Of a stretch of 64,000 nucleotides of DNA, positions 56,113 to 64,000 are shown in pieces; positions within the stretch are counted from its first letter, which is position 1, and each line of letters starts with the position of its first letter. The DNA is from a virus. Made by a program: the position numbers and the translations under genes. The stretch lies in the IMG/VR virus record IMGVR_UViG_3300025828_004167, positions 1 to 64,000 of that record, one strand, 5' to 3'. Under the pieces are notes generated by a model, which was not told the DNA's origin, searched no databases, and saw only the letters and a list, made by a program, of their open reading frames with translations.

Positions 56113-59100
56113 TAATATCCTGCCCCACTACTGCCGGTGCTTGAACCGGAACCTGTTGTAGTAGAGCCTGATACCGCTGATCCTGTGGTGGTGTTGATAG
56201 TGGCAGTTGATGTTGATGTGACCACAGTTCCCGAAGCCTCAAGTTGATTGGCTCCAAGCGCTGTTATTATTGACACATCATCAACGGTGGCCCCACTGAT
56301 GAAAATCTCGTCTGCCGCTGAGTTTATCTGAAACAGAGACCCAAAACCCTGTCCTGATTGGTTTGGTACTATCACAACCGTCAGTAAGTCTGGTGCTAAC
56401 TGGTTGTGTACATATGCGGCTAATTCTGTGAAATAGAAAGTGTCTCCGAAGTCCCAGTTGTCTAAGGCAAAGAACTCGTTTATAGCGGCGATCACCCTGG
56501 TCTTGATCACTGCGTCTGTGACATTGGTTTTTGAGTTCTTCACGACCTTGAATGTTGCTTGAAGTTCTTCATTGGCACTTGTTCCAAATAATATCTTGTA
56601 CTTGACCGGATGATACACTATCTGATCGGACAGAGATTTCAATGGGTTTAACACACCCGAATAGTTTATACGCAGTGTGTCTGAAGTAGATGTTGTGGGT
56701 TTTGATCCACCGTCCTGTAGCCAAATCCTGAATAGGTTGTCATAGGTCCTCTCCAATAGGTAGACATCCACTATGTTTGAAACGCTAGGATCTATCCTGG
56801 TCTCTTGTCCTGCGTGGTGTTTGTACTGGAAGTCTATAGAACTTCTGCCTCTCCTCGCATAGTAATCTGTGGTTGTTGTCAAAATGTTTGTGGTTGAACT
56901 GTACTTCTTGACAACATTTTCCGTGTCTGCGTAAAAATAAAATAGTTGTCCGTCGGTGTATGTTGTTGTGTTTAGATTGATGTCAGTTTCGTTCTGTGTC
57001 ACCACGAAGTTACTCGCCGCGTAAGGTCGGAATCTTTCTATGGTGTCATATGAGATATACTTCTCGAAGAACACGAATTTTGTAGACACCGATGTGTCTG
57101 GTTCCACGAATATATCAAACAGTTCTGGGTTGTCTACGACGCCGTCGTCGTCACGGTCATAGAAACCAACCTTGATCTTCCTGTTGTCTTGGAATCCGTC
57201 GGCTTCGGTCACTGTGTCCGTGACCTGCCATGTGATGGGATGACCTATTGCGTTTCCTGAAGATAAAATAGAATTTGTCTTTAAAATTTTAACCGTATCT
57301 TTGACCACATTACCGGTCTTGTAATCGTAGATTCTTTCCTCCGTGTCATAATGGAATTTGTTCTGTGATTCTGATTCAAAAATGTAGTCCAGTTTTCTGT
57401 AGTGCACTGTGTAGGTGTTGCCGTCATTGGTGAATTTGAACCACCAACTGGCGTCTAGATTGGTGCCAGCAGTACTACCAGTGTTTGCTAGACTGAACAC
57501 AGTGCTGGTGCTTAGGTTGGTAGTTGTTATAACTCTCCATTCTTCGCTGTCCACATCATATCTAAGACCAAAGTCCTCATAGTTTTCTATCCTGTCTATG
57601 ATATCTGCCTCCAGCACAGTCGAAAAAGCAGTTGTGAAACTCGGGATCACCGCATTCAACACAGCACCGTTGGGTATAATATCATTCAGTGTGATAGGTC
57701 CCACTCCTGTGGAAAGATTACCTTGTCCGTTGTTCGAACCATCTCCCACAACGTCTGATATCTTAGCCCAGGCTCTGTCCTCGGCGTTGTCTGTACCTGA
57801 TGTCACTAGTGTTCCGTTCAAGAACTTTCTAGTGTCTGGTGATGTAAATTTTATCAGAGCACCTTCCTTGGCATATTTGAGATTAGATGTTGCAAAATTT
57901 CCCACAGCCAACGCACCGCCCGATGTGAAGTACCCAGTGTTAGTGTTGGTCGTGGTTGTTGTGGAATTCCATGTCGCTGTCAGTGACGTCAGGCTTTTGG
58001 CATCGTACTTGTCATAATAGAACTGCCTGGCATACGCTTCTTTTAATTTTGTTTCAACAGAACCATCAAGGACTGATTGTATTTCGCTCCTGTTGTTGAA
58101 GGTAAATGTGAATGTTGGTGTGCTCTCTTCCCTGTAGAGAATTCCGTCCTCAGCGAACACTGAAACGTTTGAATATGCCCCTGTTGGATCCAGTATCTCC
58201 TTGGCCCTTGAGATTCCCGAAGCGCTTCTGTTCACAGATCTAACCTTGACGATTTCTTGTGATGCCGACAATGGCACAACTTGGTAGTCTTCCGCTGTGA
58301 TCATCCTGTTCTGAGAGTAGTAAACCTGTGCCGCTTTTTCTCTGATCGAGTCATTTGATTCCGTCGCGGCCGAATTATAAACCGATTGTTTAAGACTCAA
58401 GGTAATCGTCAAAGTCTGTTGTGAACCATTAGCGTCTATGTAAGGAACAGATAATGATACCGCCTGCATGTCGGCAGGTTGTATTGCATACTTGGCGTTG
58501 TCGCTGATCCTGTAGTATGTTCTAAAGTTGCCCAATGGTAGATTAGAGAAGTTGCCGTCGCCAAACACAAGATCTATCGTGTCGTTGTTTTTTGTGACAA
58601 CATTGTAAATATTCCTTATATCTTTTGATAAAGAATTATAGATGGCGTTGTTGCCTGTCAGTGCTGGTACCTTGGTCCACTGTTCCGCAATCTGTCCAAA
58701 CTGATCCAATCTATACAACCATACATCGGTATTGTTAACATTACTGGTATCAAAACTTTTAACATAGTTTGTTATGGCGGTGTCTACAGAAAACTCCTGT
58801 CTCTCTATAGTTCCTTGTTTGAAAAGGAAAAAGAATCCTGTGCTGTTGGAACTATCTCCTGCTCCATCCGACCTATATGTGTATGTCAATCCGGTTCCGG
58901 GTACTGGAGACGATTCATAGATCGACTCCGAATCTGTTATAGTACTCGACACTATTTCAAATGCCCTTGTTGTTCCACCAATGCTTTTACTGAAAGTGAA
59001 TATCGGCAAATCCAGTTGATTGGAACTTAAAGTGTATACCTCTGTATCGACTCCACCTATCTTGTTTGCTTCTCTAGGACTGCCGAACAGTTGTCCGGTC

Positions 59101-59594
59101 TGGTTGGCCGCGTTCAATATAGCAATAAATTGTTCTCTGTAATTGGAGTTGGCGGAATCATTCCAAATTATAGTTTGGTTCGCTAAGTTTGTTCCCGAAC
59201 TGTCATTGACATTCTGTGTAGTAGATATAGAATCTACTTTTAATAGTCCTGTGGCTGGAAGGTTTCTCTTTGCGTTGTAGTTGATCAGACGTGCAAGCCT
59301 TAAAATAGAATTCCTCCTCTCGGCTGTCTCTAGGAAGTTCTCCCTTGCGTTGAGATCAACCCTGAATGACAGGGCCTGTGCTATGTAGGCTATCAGATCT
59401 ATGAGGGCCACATACTCAGAACTCTCAACGAAATCATTGAAGTCATCTGGATAGTTCTCCTGAAGATACGCCACCATAGTTCTCCTCAGTGTCTCGAAGT
59501 CGTAACTTTTGAAGTCTGCCTGTTGGAAAGCCTGGTAGATCTTACGCCAATCCTCGGCTACTAGTAATCTGTTCTGTCTATCTGTTGTGGCCAT
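56112..59594 (-). CDS. baseplate wedge subunit (T4 gp6-like)
   Basis: DFETLR, DF.ESS, ENFLETA, FGDG, ES..SIR..A...[12 protein letters not shown]; follows a gp25-like gene. Confidence 0.85.
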   Translation of the reverse strand: MATTDRQNRLLVAEDWRKIYQAFQQADFKSYDFETLRRTMVAYLQENYPDDFNDFVESSEYVALIDLIAYIAQALSFRVDLNARENFLETAERRNSILRLARLINYNAKRNLPATGLLKVDSISTTQNVNDSSGTNLANQTIIWNDSANSNYREQFIAILNAANQTGQLFGSPREANKIGGVDTEVYTLSSNQLDLPIFTFSKSIGGTTRAFEIVSSTITDSESIYESSPVPGTGLTYTYRSDGAGDSSNSTGFFFLFKQGTIERQEFSVDTAITNYVKSFDTSNVNNTDVWLYRLDQFGQIAEQWTKVPALTGNNAIYNSLSKDIRNIYNVVTKNNDTIDLVFGDGNFSNLPLGNFRTYYRISDNAKYAIQPADMQAVSLSVPYIDANGSQQTLTITLSLKQSVYNSAATESNDSIREKAAQVYYSQNRMITAEDYQVVPLSASQEIVKVRSVNRSASGISRAKEILDPTGAYSNVSVFAEDGILYREESTPTFTFTFNNRSEIQSVLDGSVETKLKEAYARQFYYDKYDAKSLTSLTATWNSTTTTTNTNTGYFTSGGALAVGNFATSNLKYAKEGALIKFTSPDTRKFLNGTLVTSGTDNAEDRAWAKISDVVGDGSNNGQGNLSTGVGPITLNDIIPNGAVLNAVIPSFTTAFSTVLEADIIDRIENYEDFGLRYDVDSEEWRVITTTNLSTSTVFSLANTGSTAGTNLDASWWFKFTNDGNTYTVHYRKLDYIFESESQNKFHYDTEERIYDYKTGNVVKDTVKILKTNSILSSGNAIGHPITWQVTDTVTEADGFQDNRKIKVGFYDRDDDGVVDNPELFDIFVEPDTSVSTKFVFFEKYISYDTIERFRPYAASNFVVTQNETDINLNTTTYTDGQLFYFYADTENVVKKYSSTTNILTTTTDYYARRGRSSIDFQYKHHAGQETRIDPSVSNIVDVYLLERTYDNLFRIWLQDGGSKPTTSTSDTLRINYSGVLNPLKSLSDQIVYHPVKYKILFGTSANEELQATFKVVKNSKTNVTDAVIKTRVIAAINEFFALDNWDFGDTFYFTELAAYVHNQLAPDLLTVVIVPNQSGQGFGSLFQINSAADEIFISGATVDDVSIITALGANQLEASGTVVTSTSTATINTTTGSAVSGSTTTGSGSSTGSSGAGY

Positions 59595-59607
59595 TGTATA
59601 TACAACG

Positions 59608-59616
59608 GTATTTATA
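59608..59616 (-). promoter_or_regulatory. T4-type late promoter TATAAATA
   Basis: Minus strand TATAAATAC, an exact T4 gp55 consensus, 13 nt before the gp6-like ATG. Confidence 0.65.
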
Positions 59617-59636
59617 TGCGAGGAAATGTGCGTATA

Positions 59637-60041
59637 TTAAGATAGACGTAGAAGCGAGTTCTCATCAAAGTTGAACCTCAGTTTCTCAGTGATGTTCAGG
59701 GGCACATATGTTATAGTGGCCTGTATAGCCAAGCCCTTATCGGCTTCTGTGACCAGTATCTCCTGTGTGCTGATACGTGGATCCGCGTTAAGGTTTGCTG
59801 TGACATCCTCCACTATAGCCTCTTTCAATGCTTCCGTGAAGGGCTCAAACAACGCATCATATATTATAGTTCCAAACTCAGGATTCTCCACACGCTCGCC
59901 TTTCCTGACGGAAAGCCTGTTGATGAGGTCCTGTTTGGCAACCTCGAAGTCGTACAGTTTGAAGTTTTGCTTATCCGCACGGCTACTGAAACCCTTGAAG
60001 GTCACTTTCCTGTTTGATAGGTCTTGGTTCTTCTCTGCCAT
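59637..60041 (-). CDS. baseplate wedge/sheath initiator (T4 gp25-like)
   Basis: KGERVENPEFGT, LFEP, DPRI. Confidence 0.88.
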   Translation of the reverse strand: MAEKNQDLSNRKVTFKGFSSRADKQNFKLYDFEVAKQDLINRLSVRKGERVENPEFGTIIYDALFEPFTEALKEAIVEDVTANLNADPRISTQEILVTEADKGLAIQATITYVPLNITEKLRFNFDENSLLRLS

Positions 60042-62494
60042 TAGTTCAATCTCCTAAATTCCACGTCCACTTTATTATAGTCAACCATGTAGAATCCCGT
60101 GTCGGTTATAACACTGGCCCACGGCACCTCTTGTGCCATCACGCCCTGGTATGTGCCCGGCAACTGCTTGTATTTAAACTCGTAGATGTTGATTCCCTGT
60201 GCGGATCTGCCGATTAATTTTATGTCTTCCTTCAATCTTTGGTCACTGAATTTAAATCCACTGAAGAAATTCTTGACCACACCACCTATGGCACCTATCT
60301 TGCTGGATAGATTCACTCCCACGTTCTGTAGGAAACTCTGTCCCAATCTAGAGGCGTCCCTGGCGTTGAACAGTCCCGCCTTGCTGGCCAGGCTCTTGAC
60401 CTGGTTCATGCCCACTATCTTGCCACCTACAACACTTGAGTACGTCTGAGTTATACTGCTTAGGTTAGATATGCTTGGCACTATGTTGCCCGCTGAAAGA
60501 TTCTTTGTGAGACCTTGAACAGAGTTCAAGGCGTTATTGGCCAAATCAATGTTGCCAGAAATTCCAGACAGTGTGTTATTACCCAGTGTGAACAGTTCAC
60601 CTGCTTGATTGACGAAAACGTTGTCCTTGAACAGTTCCGTGCTCTTGCCCGTGAACGACTCCACCACCTGTGACGTTAGATTTGATGTCAGATTCTTAAC
60701 ATCTGTGTTGAATTCGAATCCTTTGATCTTCTCTGATATACTGTCCTTGATGTCGAAAGGTAGATTTATTTTATTTGTTATTCCGTAGATGTCATTGTAC
60801 TTAGATCCGAAGTCGGTGAGTAGTTGTTTGGCTTTGACTGCATTGGTGCTCGATCCCATCTTCTGTTTCACGTACTCCAGTGCGTCCGCTTGGTATTGCG
60901 CATCTCTAATCGCGCTGTTCTCACTCAGCCTGTTCTGCTGGTTGACGAATTCGGCCGTACCTGGTGTGTTGGCCAACTGGCTCCATCTCTTCTTGTCATC
61001 ACTGTCCACCGGTATGATTCCATCATTACCGATCACGCTGGCCCTGAACATGGGTTCGTGTGTGACGAATCTGTGTACTGTGGTCTTGGTCTTCCTTGTG
61101 AACTGTTCTAGAGGTTTGATGCCTTTCTGTGTGAGCTCCACATCTCCCTCGTCCCTCAACTGCATTCCTGCTTTTTCTGGTGTGAGCCAATTTGGCCCCC
61201 ACGTTGGGCTCGCGCTGGTCGAGTTGAAGTGAACCTGCGATCCCGCTAGGTGTATCTGTCCGGAAGCGCCATGTAACTGTGTGCCACCGGTGAATGATGA
61301 TATTCCGTCCCTAGCATAGTCTCTTACAGATCCCGCCTGCGAACTATTAAGTATGCCCTTCTCTCCGAGGTTCAACAGTAGGTCAGCAGAGTGTATCATC
61401 TCCTTGGCCGAACTGAATCTTACCTGTCCGTTGGCATGCATGTTGATGTTGCTGTCTGAGTGCAGGTTGAAGTCTCCCTCTGTCCTCATATTGATACCAC
61501 CCACTCCGGAGTATAGATCTATCCTACCGTTGCTCTGCATCTCTATCCAGGCGTTTCCCGAACCGTTTGCTATGTACACAACACCCTCGGTGTCGTGCAT
61601 CAAAAGTTGATGTCCCGAAGCAGTTCTTAACCTTGTCAGTTGGTTCGTACCGTTAACGGCACCGTCGTCCATAACAAACGTGTGACCTGTGGTCCTTGTC
61701 ACGTAGTCGGTGGCTTCTGAATCTTTTGAACCCACTTTCTTCTTTGGTGTGCCGGTATCTTTCCTACCCGGTGTGCTTATACCAAACACCTGACTGGGTG
61801 TCTCTCTCCTGGCCGACGACGTCGTTGTTCCCCTAATTGGATCAGCTATCAAGCCCTGTTTCAACAACACATCCGCGAAAGGATGTATAGGTTTTGGGGT
61901 TGACTCATAATTACCATTGGCGAGAGCACCAGGTGTGTTCCTGTTAAGTTCACCGGCTGGTACTGTTTTTGTTCCGTAATTTTTTTGCTTGTCGATTAAA
62001 TCTTGTTGTGCGCCCGGGGGGCCTTCCTGTTCCCCGGTCACTTTGTCCCAAGTGTTGGCACTGGCCGCTATTCCCGGTGTCATGTGGTTGGTGTAGGGAT
62101 CCTGAACACAACCTATCCAATAGGCCTGGTCCATCTTGCCCTCGGCAAATATGACGAGAACCTTGGTGTCTAGGTCAGGTGGCACCGCCCAGAAACCATA
62201 CGAATGTTGACTGTCCTCGAACTCCCTGGAAACACCGTTGGTGTACTGTGCGCCCTTGGCACCATAGAAAGGTGATAGGTAGTCACAGGTTATCAACTGC
62301 TTCTCTGTGGGGTTCTCTGTCTTTACTAGGCTTGGTATGAAAACCTTGAGCCTTCCCATCCTGGCTGGGTCCTTGTTGCCCTTGACTATGCCAAGGTAGG
62401 GTCCGGAGTTAGTGACCGACCATTCCTGGTTCCAGTTACTGCCCGACGGTTTGGGTGTCGAAGCGTGTCCTTTCAAATAATCTCTCTGTGCCAT
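60041..62494 (-). CDS. gp5/VgrG-like baseplate hub spike with C-terminal peptidase S74-type chaperone
   Basis: OB-fold DPARMGRLKV, YGFWAVPPD..VLVIF; GHTFVMDD, RTASGHQ beta-helix; C-terminal SDQRLKEDI...YQGVMAQEV...VDY. Confidence 0.8.
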   Translation of the reverse strand: MAQRDYLKGHASTPKPSGSNWNQEWSVTNSGPYLGIVKGNKDPARMGRLKVFIPSLVKTENPTEKQLITCDYLSPFYGAKGAQYTNGVSREFEDSQHSYGFWAVPPDLDTKVLVIFAEGKMDQAYWIGCVQDPYTNHMTPGIAASANTWDKVTGEQEGPPGAQQDLIDKQKNYGTKTVPAGELNRNTPGALANGNYESTPKPIHPFADVLLKQGLIADPIRGTTTSSARRETPSQVFGISTPGRKDTGTPKKKVGSKDSEATDYVTRTTGHTFVMDDGAVNGTNQLTRLRTASGHQLLMHDTEGVVYIANGSGNAWIEMQSNGRIDLYSGVGGINMRTEGDFNLHSDSNINMHANGQVRFSSAKEMIHSADLLLNLGEKGILNSSQAGSVRDYARDGISSFTGGTQLHGASGQIHLAGSQVHFNSTSASPTWGPNWLTPEKAGMQLRDEGDVELTQKGIKPLEQFTRKTKTTVHRFVTHEPMFRASVIGNDGIIPVDSDDKKRWSQLANTPGTAEFVNQQNRLSENSAIRDAQYQADALEYVKQKMGSSTNAVKAKQLLTDFGSKYNDIYGITNKINLPFDIKDSISEKIKGFEFNTDVKNLTSNLTSQVVESFTGKSTELFKDNVFVNQAGELFTLGNNTLSGISGNIDLANNALNSVQGLTKNLSAGNIVPSISNLSSITQTYSSVVGGKIVGMNQVKSLASKAGLFNARDASRLGQSFLQNVGVNLSSKIGAIGGVVKNFFSGFKFSDQRLKEDIKLIGRSAQGINIYEFKYKQLPGTYQGVMAQEVPWASVITDTGFYMVDYNKVDVEFRRLN

Positions 62495-64000
62495 TAACTA
62501 AAAAATCCTTTTATTTTAGAAATCAAGTCAGTGAACTTTCTTCCTATGTTACTTACATCCTTGTACACACCCTGCAGTTCGGTAACGAGTTTCTGTGCCT
62601 CACTGAAGGTTTTTACTTCAGATGTAGTGCCGTCTTTTGATAACACAACAGATGTGGGCACAGGGTTAGATATAGTCACTCCTTGATTGTTAAATCTTGT
62701 TATCTGTAATACGTTGGTGTATTTGCCGTCCGAGAAATTGTGTTCCACTCCGATCACCCTGTACAGTCCGCTGAACTCGGCCGACTGATCACTCTGGAGG
62801 TCATACACCCCTGTCCTGTCATTGAGATCTGTGGGCATCCTGAAATTCAGGAGCACGATGGGTTCCGCCACGTCGGGATTGTAGCAACGGAACTCATCGT
62901 TCCATATCCTGTTCCTGGCACTCTGCCAGTAGTCCATGTCTGTGTCCCTGTGTATGCGTTTGGTACCAAATAATTCAGGACTCACTGGTATGAACTGGCT
63001 CTGTCCCAGCCATGCGGGATCGCCCAGTATCTCCATCCTGATGTTGACCATGTCCGCCAACGGGTGTGTCAACGTGTCAAGGAACGCGTCCAGTTCTGTG
63101 GGCGTGCCTCCGGTCTTGCCCGTGCCCGGGCTGGAGAATATGGTGGACTCGGTCTTCAGTAGTAGATTGCCATCTCCGAAATGTTCTTGTGCCGTCGTCC
63201 CTCCCGTGGGCTGACCCCTGACATTCTCCACCGTGTTCTTCCTGGTGTTGGTGGCCTGCACGTCCTTGAGTGCGCCTTGGTAATAAGCCACCCTGTAGTT
63301 GATGTTTAGGTCCAACACATCCACGTTGTCGCCCGTGAATATGTAGTTGTAGGTCTTGAACACGAAGTTCTTGAAGTTCTTTCCTGTGCTCACCCCTGGT
63401 ATGGACAACGAGTAGGCGTGTATCTTGTAGGGCTCTATGGTGAACTTGATTATCTTGGGATTGGTCGCACGTTTCAAATCAAAATTGCTGTCGTCGGGTA
63501 TCACACTGGATTTTATCCTGAAGTATTTGAAATAGAATTCCTCGGCTTGTTCCAGCACCGCCTGTGCGCCACCCTTGAACTGTGCCAGGCCCAACTCCCT
63601 GGATGCTTTCTGTCGGAACTCTTTGTATTTCTTTTCAGTGAAATCCGGATGTCCCTTCATTATCTCCTCGAGTACCTTGATGATGTTGTTTCCTGTGTTG
63701 ACCTTCATGAATTCCACCGGAACGTCTCCTGTGTCCACCACACCAACCACCTCGGTCTGTTGCTTGTACATTCCTGTCTGATCTATGCTACTGACATCGA
63801 ATGTCTTCTCAGGATTGAGATCCTCGTGTATGGAAATCTGATACTTGTCTGGTATACCGATCTTGCCCGCCGCTCGATCATCCTCCGCCCCTTGGTTCAT
63901 GAGGTCCTCCAGCGCTTTGACAACATCCGCGACGGTCTTGCCCTGTGGGTAGAGACTGCCCGACGTCTTCAACTCCGTGTAGGTGTTGACGAACCCGAAC
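62494..64000 (-). CDS. baseplate hub-like virion protein (5' part outside the window)
   Basis: Frame open to the window end; Y.YIFTG.N, M.ILGDP.W, SGLYRVI.VEHNFSDGKYT (gp27/late control D-like C-terminus); precedes the gp5-like gene. Confidence 0.65.
   Translation of the reverse strand, partial: FGFVNTYTELKTSGSLYPQGKTVADVVKALEDLMNQGAEDDRAAGKIGIPDKYQISIHEDLNPEKTFDVSSIDQTGMYKQQTEVVGVVDTGDVPVEFMKVNTGNNIIKVLEEIMKGHPDFTEKKYKEFRQKASRELGLAQFKGGAQAVLEQAEEFYFKYFRIKSSVIPDDSNFDLKRATNPKIIKFTIEPYKIHAYSLSIPGVSTGKNFKNFVFKTYNYIFTGDNVDVLDLNINYRVAYYQGALKDVQATNTRKNTVENVRGQPTGGTTAQEHFGDGNLLLKTESTIFSSPGTGKTGGTPTELDAFLDTLTHPLADMVNIRMEILGDPAWLGQSQFIPVSPELFGTKRIHRDTDMDYWQSARNRIWNDEFRCYNPDVAEPIVLLNFRMPTDLNDRTGVYDLQSDQSAEFSGLYRVIGVEHNFSDGKYTNVLQITRFNNQGVTISNPVPTSVVLSKDGTTSEVKTFSEAQKLVTELQGVYKDVSNIGRKFTDLISKIKGFFS

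Noticed and set aside
3889-63781. Many + strand ORFs of 60-250 aa in the ORF track (e.g. 8495..9034, 25648..26241, 41537..42280, 49022..49561)
   Set aside because: They lie fully antisense to well-supported - strand genes and show no motifs; they are shadow ORFs from codon bias.
1-64000. CRISPR array, tRNA/rRNA genes, integrase, transposase, intron or intein
   Set aside because: The window is almost fully coding with very short gaps. I saw no spaced direct repeats, cloverleafs or mobile-element motifs by eye; no scan was run.
1-64000. Stop-codon reassignment as in some jumbo phages
   Set aside because: Long ORFs are intact in the standard code, and TAA, TAG and TGA all end genes at coupled junctions.

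Overview
This window looks like part of a large myovirus (T4-like/jumbo) phage genome using the standard genetic code. Positions 1-3.6 kb (+ strand) carry a MoxR-type AAA ATPase, a metallopeptidase-vWA partner and small conserved proteins. From 3.6 to 64 kb, all genes but one are on the - strand. In order of transcription they are: a baseplate/tail module (partial hub protein, gp5-like, gp25-like, gp6-like, a 4212-aa giant virion protein), then two parallel blocks. Each block is a fibre-like paralog, an S/T-rich virion protein, a sigma70-type promoter, a small protein, and a long run of tailoring enzymes. The roughly 34 kb of enzyme genes encode 9 radical SAM proteins (a DesII-like enzyme, five N-terminal twitch/SPASM rSAMs, a B12-binding rSAM, and a fused and a split C-terminal twitch rSAM). 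They also encode about 9 2OG-Fe(II)/Asp-hydroxylase-like oxygenases, about 6 glycosyltransferase-like proteins, 3 methyltransferase-like proteins (one CmoA-like), a carbamoyltransferase, a DegT aminotransferase, an SDR epimerase, a desaturase, a nitroreductase-like protein and a PP-loop protein. The best candidate for an undescribed system is a phage-encoded virion decoration pathway: unusual amino/deoxy-sugar synthesis plus protein hydroxylation and glycosylation. One candidate target is a DGST tetrapeptide that occurs 19 times in the giant virion protein. All family calls come from motif recognition by eye; no searches were run.
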